Shown piece after piece: positions 29,263 through 40,140 of a stretch of DNA of 64,000 nucleotides (within the stretch, counting starts at the first letter, position 1; every line of letters begins with the position of its first letter). The notes under the pieces are model-generated. The model ran no database searches. It saw nothing but the letters and a program-made list of their open reading frames with translations, and was not told where the DNA came from. A program made the position numbers and the translations under genes. Source of the stretch: Candidatus Fraserbacteria bacterium (GTDB lineage: Bacteria; Bipolaricaulota; Bipolaricaulia; RBG-16-55-9; DRXL01); NCBI GenBank assembly GCA_947085185.1, contig CAMTVK010000001.1, forward strand, positions 79,243 to 143,242. Reading direction: 5' to 3'.

Positions 29263-30126
29263 ATGGCCACGATCATTGACGGCAAGCAGGTCGCGCAGCA
29301 GATCCGCGAAGGACTCAAGCATGAAGTCGCTCAACTCAAACAGAAATACGGCGTCACTCCAGGCTTGGCTGCCGTGCTCGTCGGAGAGAACCCCGCCTCG
29401 AAAGTCTACGTGAATATGAAGGCCAAAGCGTGCGACGAGACGGGGATCTATTCGCAGAAGATCCATCTGCCTGCAGATACTCCCCAGCAGAAGCTGATCG
29501 AGCTCATTCACAGTTTGAACGAAGACCGGCGCATCCACGGGATCTTAGTGCAGCTCCCTCTGCCCGATCATCTCGAGACTCACGCTGTGCTCCAAGAAGT
29601 GAGCCCGGACAAAGACGTAGACGGTTTTCATCCCATCAATTTGGGCAAGCTGCTCTCAGCAAAATTCTGGGAGGAGCTGCCTCCGTTTGTGCCCTGCACA
29701 CCTGCTGGGTGCATTAAGCTCATCGAATCAACGGGGACTCAGATCGAGGGCAAGCACGCGGTGGTCGTGGGGCGCAGCGTGATCGTCGGAAAACCCGTAG
29801 CGATGCTCTTGCTCGCCAAGCAAGCGACCGTCACTATAGCTCACTCACGCACGAAAAATCTCAAAGAGATCTGTCGTCAGGCGGATATCTTAGTGGTCGC
29901 AGTGGGCCGGCCCAAGCTCATTACTGCTGATATGATCAAGCCCGGTGCGGTCGTCATTGACGTTGGGGTCAACCGTGTGGGGAAAGACTTGGTGGGCGAT
30001 GTGGACTTTGAGGCAGCCAAGGAGATCGCGGGCTCTATTACGCCGGTGCCCGGCGGGGTCGGCCCCATGACCATCGCGATGCTTCTTAAAAACACGGTTG
30101 AGTCTGCCAAGCGAGTCTTGACATGA
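29263..30126 (+). CDS. folD: methylene-THF dehydrogenase/methenyl-THF cyclohydrolase
   Basis: [38 protein letters not shown]. Confidence 0.98.
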   Translation: MATIIDGKQVAQQIREGLKHEVAQLKQKYGVTPGLAAVLVGENPASKVYVNMKAKACDETGIYSQKIHLPADTPQQKLIELIHSLNEDRRIHGILVQLPLPDHLETHAVLQEVSPDKDVDGFHPINLGKLLSAKFWEELPPFVPCTPAGCIKLIESTGTQIEGKHAVVVGRSVIVGKPVAMLLLAKQATVTIAHSRTKNLKEICRQADILVVAVGRPKLITADMIKPGAVVIDVGVNRVGKDLVGDVDFEAAKEIAGSITPVPGGVGPMTIAMLLKNTVESAKRVLT

Positions 30127-30332
30127 GCCGCCGCGCGCAGATCTTCTTGCTAGCCCTGATAGTCTTTGTCTTTTTACACCTCGATCTGTGGGGCTGGAGC
30201 CGGATCGAACCGATGCTCTTTGGGTGGATTCCCTATCATATCTGGTATCATGGGCTTCTGACGGTGCTCGTAGCTCTTTGGATGATCTGGCTTGTGGTGT
30301 GGATCTGGCCGAAGGATAGTTCGAAGTTCTAG
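30123..30332 (+). CDS. small 2-TM protein associated with SSS transporter (DUF3311-like)
   Basis: 69 aa, two hydrophobic segments, PMLFGWIP motif, directly upstream of symporter. Confidence 0.7.
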   Translation: MSRRAQIFLLALIVFVFLHLDLWGWSRIEPMLFGWIPYHIWYHGLLTVLVALWMIWLVVWIWPKDSSKF

Positions 30333-30349
30333 GTGCAAAGCTCAAAATT

Positions 30350-31816
30350 ATGAGAGAGATCCCAATGGACGTGCTGGCAATCGCCGGGGTCTATCTTATC
30401 GTTCTGTTGGGCATTGGCTGGTGGAGTTATAAGAAGACTCTGCCTACACCAGAAGATTTCTTTATGGCTGGACGGGCCTTCGGCCCCGTGGTGCTGATCC
30501 TGACCGTCTATGCTACAAATATGACGGCATTCTATATGCTGGGCACGCCGGGCAATGCTTATCGTCAAGGGATCGGCACCTACGGCTACATCGCGTTTGC
30601 CTCAGCGTTGGTCATTCCCACGATGTTCTATCTCATCGGGTATCGCGCGTGGCGCATCGGCAAGCGATACGGGTACATGACGCCGCCGGAACTTTTGGGA
30701 GCCCGTTATGAAAGCCCAGCCGTAGCGCTCGTGCTCTTTGTGCTCTTAGTCTTTTATACTGTCCCATATATTGTGACTTCGGTGATTGGCGCGGGCTTGG
30801 CCCTCGAGTCGCTCGGGAAGATCCCATATCTGTGGGGAGCGGCGGGCGTCCTGCTCATCACGATGCTCTACACAGTCTTTGGGGGGATGCGGGGCACGGC
30901 CTGGACGAGCGTCTTTCAAGGGCTGGTGTTTATTATCATGGGGCTGCTCGCCTTCGTGATGATCGCCAACGCTTTAGGGGGCTTTGCCGCGATCACGCAG
31001 CGTGTCTATACTGAGCGCCCGGAATTACTTCAGAGGGCGGGAAATTTCGACCCCAAAGATTGGTTCAGCTTTCTCTTTGTGGCGCCGCTTGCGGTGATCG
31101 CCTTTCCCCATGTCTTTATGCGGGTGCTCACGGGGAAGAGCTCACGGACTCTAAAAGCCCTGACGGTCGTCTACCCGCTGCTCTTTCTGCTGACGTGGCC
31201 TCCGGTCATCTACATTGGCCTATGGGGCAGCGTCGTCATTCCGGGGCTGGACGCCAGAAGCTCTGATGCGATCTTGCCTATGATGATCGCCCAGCTTCTC
31301 CCGCCGGTGATGCTTGGGCTAGGGGTAGCCGCGATCTGGGCGGCTATTATGTCTACTCTCGATGCGATGATGCTGACTTTGAGCACGATGCTCACCCGCG
31401 ATCTGCTCGCTCGGTCCTTCCCGCGCTATGTTCGGAAGAAGGGGCGCGAGGTCGCCTTCGGAAGGTTGTTCATTGTCTTGATTGCTCTCTTAGCTTTTGT
31501 CGGCGCGGTGATCCGTCCCGGCACGATCTATGATATTGCCAAGTTCGCCTTCACCGGGTATGCGCTCACCGTCCCGGCGATGCTTGCTAGCTTCTATTGG
31601 AGGCGGAGCACCGCTTGGGGAGTGTTGGCCTCTTTGGTTATACCTAATCTGCTCTTGCCCTTCTATTACTTCACGCCGTATCTTGCGTGGAGCACGTTCG
31701 GGTTTCTGCCGGTTGTGCCGTTGATGGTACTCTCTCTTATGCTCTTGGTGCTCATCTCGCTTCGGACGCGCCCGCCCTCCCAGCAGACAATCCGTCAGTT
31801 CTTCGACGAGCCCTAA
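30350..31816 (+). CDS. sodium:solute symporter family protein
   Basis: DFFMAGR, YTVFGGMRGTAW, AAIMSTLD; many TM segments. Confidence 0.93.
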   Translation: MREIPMDVLAIAGVYLIVLLGIGWWSYKKTLPTPEDFFMAGRAFGPVVLILTVYATNMTAFYMLGTPGNAYRQGIGTYGYIAFASALVIPTMFYLIGYRAWRIGKRYGYMTPPELLGARYESPAVALVLFVLLVFYTVPYIVTSVIGAGLALESLGKIPYLWGAAGVLLITMLYTVFGGMRGTAWTSVFQGLVFIIMGLLAFVMIANALGGFAAITQRVYTERPELLQRAGNFDPKDWFSFLFVAPLAVIAFPHVFMRVLTGKSSRTLKALTVVYPLLFLLTWPPVIYIGLWGSVVIPGLDARSSDAILPMMIAQLLPPVMLGLGVAAIWAAIMSTLDAMMLTLSTMLTRDLLARSFPRYVRKKGREVAFGRLFIVLIALLAFVGAVIRPGTIYDIAKFAFTGYALTVPAMLASFYWRRSTAWGVLASLVIPNLLLPFYYFTPYLAWSTFGFLPVVPLMVLSLMLLVLISLRTRPPSQQTIRQFFDEP

Positions 31817-31821
31817 GCTTT

Positions 31822-31884
31822 TGATGGGCGTCATATTTGCTTCTGATGCTTCTCATGGCTTTGCCCCACCTAGGCATCTACAAT
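31822..31884 (+). promoter_or_regulatory. hdrC-fhs operon promoter with tandem TGA-N6-TCA boxes
   Basis: TGAtgggcgTCA 31822-31833, TGAtgcttcTCA 31844-31855, -10 TACAAT 31879-31884. Confidence 0.65.
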
Positions 31885-31908
31885 GAATTCTAGAGGGCGT
31901 GATCTGTC

Positions 31909-32448
31909 ATGGGGAGCCTTGTGGCTCAGCCTCTGGATTTTCTGAGGGAGATCGAAGCACGGAGCGATGAGCCCGTGAGGCGCTGTTTCCAATGCGATCG
32001 CTGCGCCACCGGCTGCCCTATGGCCCTTCATATGCAGTACGCCCCCAATGAGCTCTTCCGGCTGATTCAATTGGGCGCTCGGGAGGCCGTGCTCTCGAGT
32101 ACTACGTTCTGGTTCTGCGTCTCGTGTTATACGTGCTCGGTGCGCTGCCCCAACGATATTGACATCGCTCATGTGATGGACACGCTCCGGGAGCTCGCGC
32201 TGCGCCAGGGGAGGGGGCCAGCGGTGGAGCAGGCCCGCGTCTTTCATGAGCTCTTTTTGGATTGTGTGCGGCGGCGTGGGCGGGTGAGCGAGCTGGAGCT
32301 GATGGCCCGCTATAATCTGAGGCTCAAAAAGCCGTGTGCGAGATTGACGTTGGGATGGAAGCTCCTGCGCCAGGGGCGTCTGGAGCTGTGGCCTTTCTCC
32401 AGACACAGCCTGAAAGAGATCTTTAGCAAACTTGAGGAGGCACCGTGA
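31909..32448 (+). CDS. hdrC: heterodisulfide reductase-like subunit C
   Basis: CFQCDRCATGCP and WFCVSCYTCSVRCP. Confidence 0.92.
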   Translation: MGSLVAQPLDFLREIEARSDEPVRRCFQCDRCATGCPMALHMQYAPNELFRLIQLGAREAVLSSTTFWFCVSCYTCSVRCPNDIDIAHVMDTLRELALRQGRGPAVEQARVFHELFLDCVRRRGRVSELELMARYNLRLKKPCARLTLGWKLLRQGRLELWPFSRHSLKEIFSKLEEAP

Positions 32449-33281
32449 TGTACTTCTATCCGGGGTGCACGCTCAGCTCGTCGGCCAGGCCCTATGGGCG
32501 CTCGATCTATTGGGTCTGCGAGCGCCTGGGTATTGAGATAACAGAACTGCCTGACTGGACGTGCTGTGGGGCAACCTCGGCTCATGCGCTCAAGAGGGAT
32601 TTAGCCTACGCGCTTCCGGCACGGAATCTGGCGATCGCTGGGGAGCTCGGAGATGATCTGATGGTGGCGTGCTCGGCGTGCTACAGCCGCCTCAAGATCA
32701 CTCAGAAAGCCCTAGAAGACTCACGAACTCGGGAGCGCATCGCTGCGCTCATCGAGAAGTCTTTTGACAGGCACGTGCAGATTAAAAATATTCTCGAGGT
32801 GCTGGGCGAGCAAGCGCCGCGCATCCGCCAAGAGAAGACACACGCAGTAGAAGGGTTGAGAGTTGTCTGTTATTACGGGTGCTTAGCGACGCGCATCCCC
32901 AGGGTGATGGGCTTCGATGATCGCGAGAACCCTACGCTTATGGAGAGGCTCGTTGTAGCGGCTGGGGCAACGGCCATAGATTGGCCCATGAAGACTTCGT
33001 GCTGTGGCGCAAGCTTTTCGGTCATTGACGAAGCGATTGCGCTGAAGATGTCCGCGCAGCTCGTGGAGATGGCCTATCGCGTAGGGGCCGAGGCGCTCGT
33101 CACGTCGTGCCCGTTTTGTCAATATAATCTCGATTGGGCTCAATGGTACCTTAAAAAGAGTCACGCAATCCCTGTGCTCTTCATCACGCAGCTTGTGGGC
33201 TTGGCCTTGGGCAAGAGCGAGAGAGACTTGATGCTGAACGCGCATCTGGTCAGCCCAGAGAAGATCGTCTGTCGAGTATGA
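32445..33281 (+). CDS. hdrB: heterodisulfide reductase-like subunit B
   Basis: YPGC, WTCCGA, YYGC, SCCGA, CPFC (two CCG domains). Confidence 0.93.
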   Translation: MMYFYPGCTLSSSARPYGRSIYWVCERLGIEITELPDWTCCGATSAHALKRDLAYALPARNLAIAGELGDDLMVACSACYSRLKITQKALEDSRTRERIAALIEKSFDRHVQIKNILEVLGEQAPRIRQEKTHAVEGLRVVCYYGCLATRIPRVMGFDDRENPTLMERLVVAAGATAIDWPMKTSCCGASFSVIDEAIALKMSAQLVEMAYRVGAEALVTSCPFCQYNLDWAQWYLKKSHAIPVLFITQLVGLALGKSERDLMLNAHLVSPEKIVCRV

Positions 33282-36200
33282 GCGGAAGCGAGATCAAGCG
33301 CGGCTCGGTCGCGGTAGTCGGTGGCGGGATCGGGGGCATTCAAACAGCCCTCGATGTAGCTGACTCCGGGTTTTATGTGTACTTAGTCGAAGACGGCCCG
33401 GCCATCGGTGGGCACATGGCGCAGTTGGACAAGACGTTTCCCACAAATGACTGCGCCATGTGCATGCTCTCGCCCAAGCTCGTCGAGGTTGGGCGCCACC
33501 CCAACGTTCAGATTCTCACGCTCGCTTCGGTAGAAGCTTTAGAGGGTCAGCCCGGAGATTTCCAGATCACGATCCGCCAGCGCCCACGCTATGTAGACAT
33601 CACTCGGTGCATCGCGTGCGGACGGTGTATCGCCTCGTGCGTCTATCAAGAGCCCAAATTCCCCAGCGAGTTCGAGATGGGCCTAGGCAAGCGCAAACCC
33701 ATCTATATCCCCTTCCCCCAAGCTGTGCCCCTGGCGGCCGTCGTTGATCCCCAGACGTGTATCTTCTTCAAATCGGGGCGGTGCCCACAGAACTGCCTGA
33801 AGGCGTGTGAGCGAGCTGCTCTTGATTTCTCCCAGACTGAAAGAATCTTCACTCTGGATGTCGGAGCACTCGTTCTTGCGCCAGGGTTTGAGCCCTATGA
33901 TGCCCGATTGGTGAGTGAGTACGGGTTTGGTCGTTACGCGAATGTGCTGACAGCGCCGCAGTTTGAGCGATTGCTCAGCGCTTCTGGTCCCACGATGGGC
34001 CAGGTCGTCCGGCCTTCCGACGGCCAAGCTCCGAAGAAGATCGCGTTCATTCAGTGTGTGGGTTCGCGCGACCTGCGCCATCAGAGTTACTGTTCAGCCG
34101 TCTGCTGCATGTATGCGACCAAAGAAGCGATCGTCGCCAAAGAGCACGATCATCAGATCGAGCCCACGATCTTCTATATTGATTTGAGAGCTTACGGCAA
34201 GGGCTTTGAGAGCTTAGTGAGACGCGCCAGAGACGAGCACAGGGTGCGCTACGTTCGTTCCATGATCTCTCAGGTCACGGAGATTCCCGAGACGAAGAAT
34301 CTGCTTGTGCGGTATCGAGACGAGTCGGGGGCTTTTTGGGAAGAAGAGTTTGACTTAGTCGTGCTCTCAGTTGGGATGCGTCCGAGCGCCAAGGGGCAGG
34401 AGCTCGCGCGCAAGCTAGGCCTCGAACTGAATGAGCACGGCTTCGCCCAGACGAGCGCCTTCGATCCCGTCAGGAGCACGCGAGATGGGGTCTTCGTGAC
34501 TGGGGCTTTCACTGGGCCCAAAGATATCCCTGAGACGGTCATCCAAGCCAGTGCCGCCGCTGCCGCCGTCACAGCACTCTTGGCCCCAGCACGGGGCACC
34601 TGCACCCACCCCAAACGCTATCCGGCAGAGTCCATTCCCGATGGCGCTCCCAGAATAGGAGTCTTCGTCTGTCACTGTGGGAGCAACATTGCCGGAGTCA
34701 TAGACGTCAAAGCTGTCGCCGAATACGCCAAGACGCTCCCCGGCGTCGTGCACGCCGAGAACGTGCTCTATGCGTGCAGCCAAGATAATCTCAAGCACAT
34801 CAAAGAAGTCATGTGCGAAAAGAGACTCAATCGGGTTGTCGTGGCTTCGTGCACTCCGAGGAACTTAGCGGCGCTCTTTCAGGACACGATCCGCGAAGCG
34901 GGGCTGAATAAGTTTCTGTTTGAGATGGTCAACATTCGGGAGCAGTGCTCGTGGGTGCACTCGGACCAGCCGGAGCAAGCTACAGAAAAAGCGAAGAGCT
35001 TGGTTCGCATGGGGGTCGCGAAGGCCCGGCAGCTCAAGGCCCTCTCTGTGCAGTCGGTAAAGATCGCTCCGGTGGCGCTGGTGGTTGGGGGCGGGCTGTC
35101 GGGGATGGTCGCCGCGCTGACGCTCGCTGACAGCGGCTTTGATGTCTATCTTGTCGAGCGGGGTGCTGAGCTTGGCTCTGATCTTGCCGGGCGCTTCTCT
35201 ACTCTGGAGGGTGGGGACGTGCAGAGTCTGCGAGCCGAGCTGTGCGACGCCGTGCGCTGGCACCCCAAGATTCATATCTATACGAACACGACTGTCACAG
35301 GGATCTCCGGGTTTGTGGGGAACTTCTCGGCGGTGCTTGAGGGTCCCAACGGGCAGGAGCGCATCGAGCACGGCGTCGTCGTCATAGCGAGCGAAGCTCT
35401 CGAGTATAAGCCCAGGGAGTATCTCTACGGACAAGACAGAGATGTGCTGACGCAGCGCGAGCTCGAGGCTCACAGGGAGACCGTCACGGCGAAGACGATC
35501 GTGATGATCCAGTGTGTGGGGCGGAATGCAGAGCGCCCGTACTGTTCCCGGGTCTGTTGTGGAGAGGCCCTCAAGAACGCGCTGGCCCTCTTGGAGCAAG
35601 ACCCCAACAGACGGATCTATGTGCTCTATCGTGAGATGATCTCTTCTGGGCTGATGGAGGATTGGTATCGTCGGGCGCGCGAGAGGGGGGTCATCTTCAT
35701 TCGGTATGACGAGCAGTCTCCGCCCAGCGTCCGCAGGGAGAACGATCGGCTCTGGGTGAGCGTACACGATACGCGTCTGCGCCAAGAGATTCTCATTCAG
35801 GCTGATCTGGTCGTGTTGAGCACGGGTGTCGTGCCCGATCCGTATAACGAAGAGCTGAGTCGTCTGTTGAAGGTCCCGCTCGACGCTCATGGGTTCTTTG
35901 TCGAGGCGCATATCAAATTGCGCCCGGTGGATTTCGCGTCGTCGGGGCTCTTTCTGTGTGGTGGGTCGCATGCGCCGGGGGCGATCTCCGAGCTCATTGC
36001 TAAAGCGCAGGCGGCTGCAGGGCGGGCCGCGATCGTCCTCGCCAAAAAGGAGTTTGAAGCTGGGGGGATCGTCGCCACGGTAGACCCAGAGAAGTGCACC
36101 GCATGTCTGACATGTCTGAGGGAGTGTCCCTTCGGTGCGGTCTTCATAAACGCTCAAGGTCTGGCAGAGATCGAAGCCGTAAAATGTCAAGGATGTGGGA

Positions 36201-36310
36201 TCTGTGCCGCGGACTGTCCCGCAAAAGCCATTCAGCTTGGGCACTTTGAAGATGCTCAAGAAGTAGCCATGATCGAAGAGCTCTTTCGTGAGAGGGTGAG
36301 CGCCCTATGA
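33278..36310 (+). CDS. hdrA: heterodisulfide reductase-like subunit A (long, two FAD modules)
   Basis: LDKTFPTNDC, IQCVGSR, YCSAVCC, GVFVCHCG, second GGG Rossmann motif, FFVEAHIKLRP, C-terminal ferredoxin. Confidence 0.95.
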   Translation: MSGSEIKRGSVAVVGGGIGGIQTALDVADSGFYVYLVEDGPAIGGHMAQLDKTFPTNDCAMCMLSPKLVEVGRHPNVQILTLASVEALEGQPGDFQITIRQRPRYVDITRCIACGRCIASCVYQEPKFPSEFEMGLGKRKPIYIPFPQAVPLAAVVDPQTCIFFKSGRCPQNCLKACERAALDFSQTERIFTLDVGALVLAPGFEPYDARLVSEYGFGRYANVLTAPQFERLLSASGPTMGQVVRPSDGQAPKKIAFIQCVGSRDLRHQSYCSAVCCMYATKEAIVAKEHDHQIEPTIFYIDLRAYGKGFESLVRRARDEHRVRYVRSMISQVTEIPETKNLLVRYRDESGAFWEEEFDLVVLSVGMRPSAKGQELARKLGLELNEHGFAQTSAFDPVRSTRDGVFVTGAFTGPKDIPETVIQASAAAAAVTALLAPARGTCTHPKRYPAESIPDGAPRIGVFVCHCGSNIAGVIDVKAVAEYAKTLPGVVHAENVLYACSQDNLKHIKEVMCEKRLNRVVVASCTPRNLAALFQDTIREAGLNKFLFEMVNIREQCSWVHSDQPEQATEKAKSLVRMGVAKARQLKALSVQSVKIAPVALVVGGGLSGMVAALTLADSGFDVYLVERGAELGSDLAGRFSTLEGGDVQSLRAELCDAVRWHPKIHIYTNTTVTGISGFVGNFSAVLEGPNGQERIEHGVVVIASEALEYKPREYLYGQDRDVLTQRELEAHRETVTAKTIVMIQCVGRNAERPYCSRVCCGEALKNALALLEQDPNRRIYVLYREMISSGLMEDWYRRARERGVIFIRYDEQSPPSVRRENDRLWVSVHDTRLRQEILIQADLVVLSTGVVPDPYNEELSRLLKVPLDAHGFFVEAHIKLRPVDFASSGLFLCGGSHAPGAISELIAKAQAAAGRAAIVLAKKEFEAGGIVATVDPEKCTACLTCLRECPFGAVFINAQGLAEIEAVKCQGCGICAADCPAKAIQLGHFEDAQEVAMIEELFRERVSAL

Positions 36311-36708
36311 GGGAGCGCGAGCCGAAGATCGTTGCGTTCTGCTGTCACTACTGTGCGTTTGCGGCAGCGGACTTGGCCGGGGTCTTGCGCTTCAGATACC
36401 CGCCCAATGTGCATATTATTCGTTTGCCGTGCACAGGGAAGCTCGATGCGCTCTATCTCCTTAAAGCATTTGAGGCCGGAGCCGATGGCGTGATCGTCGC
36501 AGGATGTCTTGAGGGGAGCTGTCACTTTATCTCCGGGAACATTCGAGCGAAGAGGCGGGTTTTGGCTGTGAAGAGTTTGCTCTCCAAGATAGGGATCGAG
36601 CCGGAGCGCTTAGAGTTCTTCAATCTCAGTTCGGCTCAAGGGGAGAGATTTGCCCAGATCGCCCGGGAGATGACCGAGCGGGTGCGGGCGTTGGGGGGAA
36701 AGATATGA
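36307..36708 (+). CDS. mvhD: MvhD-like [2Fe-2S] protein
   Basis: FCC..C..AADLAG, RLPCTG, GADGV..GC...CH. Confidence 0.95.
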   Translation: MREREPKIVAFCCHYCAFAAADLAGVLRFRYPPNVHIIRLPCTGKLDALYLLKAFEAGADGVIVAGCLEGSCHFISGNIRAKRRVLAVKSLLSKIGIEPERLEFFNLSSAQGERFAQIAREMTERVRALGGKI

Positions 36709-37385
36709 TCGTTGCTGATCAGAAGCCCATCGAAGAGATCTTGCAGATGCTGGAGCCCTACAGAAAAGTGCTCTTTCTGGGGTGTCAGTCGTGTGTAGCA
36801 GTATGCATGGCCGGGGGTGAGAAAGAAGTGGGGCTCTTAGCTTCTGCGGTGCGCCTGGCGCGCACGCGGCAGGGCCGCCCCATTGAGATTGCTGAAGGAG
36901 CTGTGAAGCGCCAGTGCGACGACGAGTTCAACGAGCCCTGGGCCAAGACTCTTGAGCACCAAGAAGCGGTGCTCTCGCTCGCGTGCGGGGTCGGGGTGAA
37001 TAAGCTCTCCGAGAGATTTGATCTGCCCATCTTGCCGGCGTTAAACACAAAATTCTTTGGGGAGGTCGAGCGCCAAGGGATCTGGAGCGAAGTCTGTGCC
37101 GGCTGCGGAAACTGTATCTTGCACGTGACTGGGGGAATTTGTCCCATCGCTCGCTGCGCGAAGAATTTATTGAACGGTCCTTGCGGAGGTGTGCGTGCCG
37201 ACGGGACTTGTGAAGTCTCCCGGAACGGCCCGCGCCCCTGCGCGTGGGTGATGATCTATGAGCGCCTAGGAAGGCTCAATCAACGAAAGAATATGGAACA
37301 GCTCTTTGCTGCCAAAGATTGGTCCACGGACCGTCATGGTGGCCCACGACGGCGCATCCGGGAAGATATGCTGTTGGAGGGATAA
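36705..37385 (+). CDS. metV: methylene-THF reductase small subunit
   Basis: CAGCGNC, GICPIARCAKNLLNGPCGG, CEV, CAW. Confidence 0.93.
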   Translation: MIVADQKPIEEILQMLEPYRKVLFLGCQSCVAVCMAGGEKEVGLLASAVRLARTRQGRPIEIAEGAVKRQCDDEFNEPWAKTLEHQEAVLSLACGVGVNKLSERFDLPILPALNTKFFGEVERQGIWSEVCAGCGNCILHVTGGICPIARCAKNLLNGPCGGVRADGTCEVSRNGPRPCAWVMIYERLGRLNQRKNMEQLFAAKDWSTDRHGGPRRRIREDMLLEG

Positions 37386-37388
37386 GCT

Positions 37389-38342
37389 GTGAGTGCGGCG
37401 GTCTTGGGAGAAAGCAATCTGAAGCGTGCTTTGGGGTCGAAGAGATTTGTTGTGACCGCCGAGTGCGGTCCCCCCAAGAGCGCCGACAGAAGGGTCATCG
37501 AGGAGAAAGCGAAACTCTTGAGAGACTGGGTGGACGCGGTCAACGTCACCGACAATCAGACGGCGGTGACGCGCATGAGCAGCCTGGCCGCGTGTGCGAT
37601 CTTAAAGTCTTTGGGGCTTGATCCAGTCTTTCAGGTCACGTGTCGAGACCGGAATAGAATCGCCCTGCAGAGTGACGTCTTAGGAGCGTATGCTCTGGGG
37701 ATTCGCAATGTGCTCTGTCTGACCGGGGACCATCAATCGTTTGGGAATCACCCTCAGGCGAAGGGCGTCTTCGATCTCGATTCGGTACACTTAATAGAGA
37801 CGGTGAGGAAGATGCGCGACGAAGGGAAGTTTCTCTCGGGTGATGACCTTGTGGGTGAGCGCCCGATGATGTTCATCGGGGCTGTGGAGAATCCGTGTGC
37901 GCCGCCGTATGAGTTTCGTGCGCTGCGCGTGAAGAAGAAGGTCGAGGCTGGGGCAGAGTTCATCCAGACTCAGATTGTCTATAATATCCCAAGATTTCGG
38001 GAGTTCATGGCCCGCGTGGGCGATCTTGGGCTCTTGGATAGGGTCTATATCTTAGCTGGGGTGAGCCCGATCAAGACGCCCGGGGCGGCCAAATATATGC
38101 GAGACAACGTTCCGGGTTTAGACGTTCCCAACGAGATCGTCGCTCGCATGGAGGCCGCAGGCCAGGGGATTGAAGACAAGAAAGCCAGAGCTGAAGCGTG
38201 GCGCCAAGAAGGGATCAAGATCTGCGTTGAGATCATACAGCAACTCAAAGAGATCCAGGGAGTTTCAGGTGTGCACATTATGGCTATCGAGTGGGAAGAG
38301 GCCGTGCCGGAGATCGTGCAAAAATCGGGATTAAAGAGCTAA
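37389..38342 (+). CDS. metF: methylene-THF reductase catalytic subunit
   Basis: NVTDNQ, TCRDRNRIALQ, LTGDH, KKVEAGAEFIQTQ. Confidence 0.95.
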   Translation: MSAAVLGESNLKRALGSKRFVVTAECGPPKSADRRVIEEKAKLLRDWVDAVNVTDNQTAVTRMSSLAACAILKSLGLDPVFQVTCRDRNRIALQSDVLGAYALGIRNVLCLTGDHQSFGNHPQAKGVFDLDSVHLIETVRKMRDEGKFLSGDDLVGERPMMFIGAVENPCAPPYEFRALRVKKKVEAGAEFIQTQIVYNIPRFREFMARVGDLGLLDRVYILAGVSPIKTPGAAKYMRDNVPGLDVPNEIVARMEAAGQGIEDKKARAEAWRQEGIKICVEIIQQLKEIQGVSGVHIMAIEWEEAVPEIVQKSGLKS

Positions 38343-38354
38343 TCAAAGGAGGCG

Positions 38355-40121
38355 ATGCCTATGGCATACGATCCGACCAAGCTCAAGGACTGGCAGATCG
38401 CTGAGCTTGCCGAAGAGAAGATGCCCACTCCTGACGAGTGGCGCGATCGCTTAGGGCTCAAAAAAGACGAAGTCATTCCCTACGGACGGGTCTGCAAGCT
38501 CGATTTCGCTAAGATCATCGAGCGTCTGAAGGGCAAGCCCGACGGCAAATACATCGAAGTGACGGCGATCACCCCGACCCCGTTGGGAGAGGGCAAGACC
38601 ACGACGACTTTGGGGATTATCGAAGGGCTGGGCAAGCGCGGCCAGAGCGCTGGGGGGTGCATCCGTCAGCCCTCCGGCGGACCGTCTATGAATATCAAAG
38701 GAACAGCTGCTGGTGGCGGCAACGCCCTGCTCATCCCCATGACGGAGTTCTCTCTTGGGCTCACGGGGGATATTAACGATATCGCCAATGCTCATAACTT
38801 GGCGATGGTGGCGCTCACGGCGCGCCTCCAGCACGAGCGCAACTACGACGATGAACAGCTCAAAAAGATCGGGTTGAGAAGATTAGATATCGACCCCACC
38901 AACGTCCAGATGGGCTGGGTGATAGACTTCTGCGCCCAAGCGCTCCGACACATTGTCATTGGGCTTGGGGGGCGCATGGACGGCTATATGATGGAATCGC
39001 GCTTTGACATTGCTGTGAGCTCCGAGCTCATGGCGATCTTAGCCATTGCAAAAGACTTAGCGGATCTGCGTGAGCGCATCGGGCAGATAACAGTGGCCTT
39101 CGATAAGAAGGGCAATCCGGTCACGACCAAAGACTTAGAAGTCGACGGGGCGATGGCCGCGTGGATGCGCAATACGATCAATCCCACGCTCTGCTGCACG
39201 ATAGAGTATCAGCCCGTGCTGGTGCACGCGGGGCCGTTTGCCAATATTGCCGTGGGGCAGTCGTCTATTATTGGGGATCGTCTTGGGCTGAAGCTCTTTG
39301 ACTATCACGTGACGGAGTCGGGCTTCGGCGCCGATATCGGCTTTGAAAAGTTTTGGAACGTCAAGTGTCGTCTCAGCGGGCTGAAGCCTCATGTCTCAGT
39401 TTTGGTCGCGACTATCAGGGCCCTGAAGATGCACGGCGGCGGGCCAAGAGTTGTGCCTGGCCGGCCCATCCCCCAAGAGTATACTCAAGAGAACGTCAAG
39501 CTCATCGAGCAGGGCCTGCCCAATCTCTTGCACCATCTCAAGATCATTCAGACGTCTGGGATCGTGCCGGTAGTCTGTATCAATGTCTTTCCCACGGATA
39601 CCAAGGATGAGATCAGAGCTGTCAAGAGAGCTGTCGAAGCTGATGGGGCGCGCTGCGCCGTCTCGGAGCACTGGCTCAAGGGCGGCGACGGCGCGCTCGA
39701 ATTAGTAGATGCGATCATCGACGCGGCCCAAGAAGAATCCCGCTTTGAGTTTCTCTACCCGCTAGAGATGAAGCTGCGCGAGCGCGTCGAGAAGATCGCA
39801 CGGGTCGTCTACGGGGCCGATGGGGTGAGCTGGACTCCCGAGGCTCAAGCCAAGCTCAAGAAGATCGAATCCGACCCCAACTACTCCGACTATCAGACGA
39901 TGATGGTGAAGACGCACTTATCGCTCTCTCACAATCCCGATTTGAAGGGGGTTCCCAAGGAATGGGTCCTGCCGGTGCGCGATGTTCTTATCTATTCTGG
40001 GGCGAAGTTCTTGTGCCCCATGACTGGGACGATCTCGCTGATGCCCGGGACTTCGTCAGATCCGGCGTTCCGCAGAATCGATATAGACGTCAAGACGGGC
40101 AAGGTGACGGGGCTCTTCTAA
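38355..40121 (+). CDS. fhs: formate-tetrahydrofolate ligase
   Basis: [44 protein letters not shown]. Confidence 0.97.
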   Translation: MPMAYDPTKLKDWQIAELAEEKMPTPDEWRDRLGLKKDEVIPYGRVCKLDFAKIIERLKGKPDGKYIEVTAITPTPLGEGKTTTTLGIIEGLGKRGQSAGGCIRQPSGGPSMNIKGTAAGGGNALLIPMTEFSLGLTGDINDIANAHNLAMVALTARLQHERNYDDEQLKKIGLRRLDIDPTNVQMGWVIDFCAQALRHIVIGLGGRMDGYMMESRFDIAVSSELMAILAIAKDLADLRERIGQITVAFDKKGNPVTTKDLEVDGAMAAWMRNTINPTLCCTIEYQPVLVHAGPFANIAVGQSSIIGDRLGLKLFDYHVTESGFGADIGFEKFWNVKCRLSGLKPHVSVLVATIRALKMHGGGPRVVPGRPIPQEYTQENVKLIEQGLPNLLHHLKIIQTSGIVPVVCINVFPTDTKDEIRAVKRAVEADGARCAVSEHWLKGGDGALELVDAIIDAAQEESRFEFLYPLEMKLRERVEKIARVVYGADGVSWTPEAQAKLKKIESDPNYSDYQTMMVKTHLSLSHNPDLKGVPKEWVLPVRDVLIYSGAKFLCPMTGTISLMPGTSSDPAFRRIDIDVKTGKVTGLF

Positions 40122-40140
40122 TAAAGTGACGTGTGCTTTG

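Noticed and set aside
34865..36259. 464-aa minus-strand ORF (and similar antisense ORFs, e.g. 40423-41520, 44901-45746, 24820-25635, 27399-28202)
   Set aside because: Shadow frames opposite well-conserved genes, with no motifs
26463..36708. Selenocysteine recoding in FdhA, HdrA or MvhD
   Set aside because: ORFs are uninterrupted; the FDH active site has Cys (ARICH)
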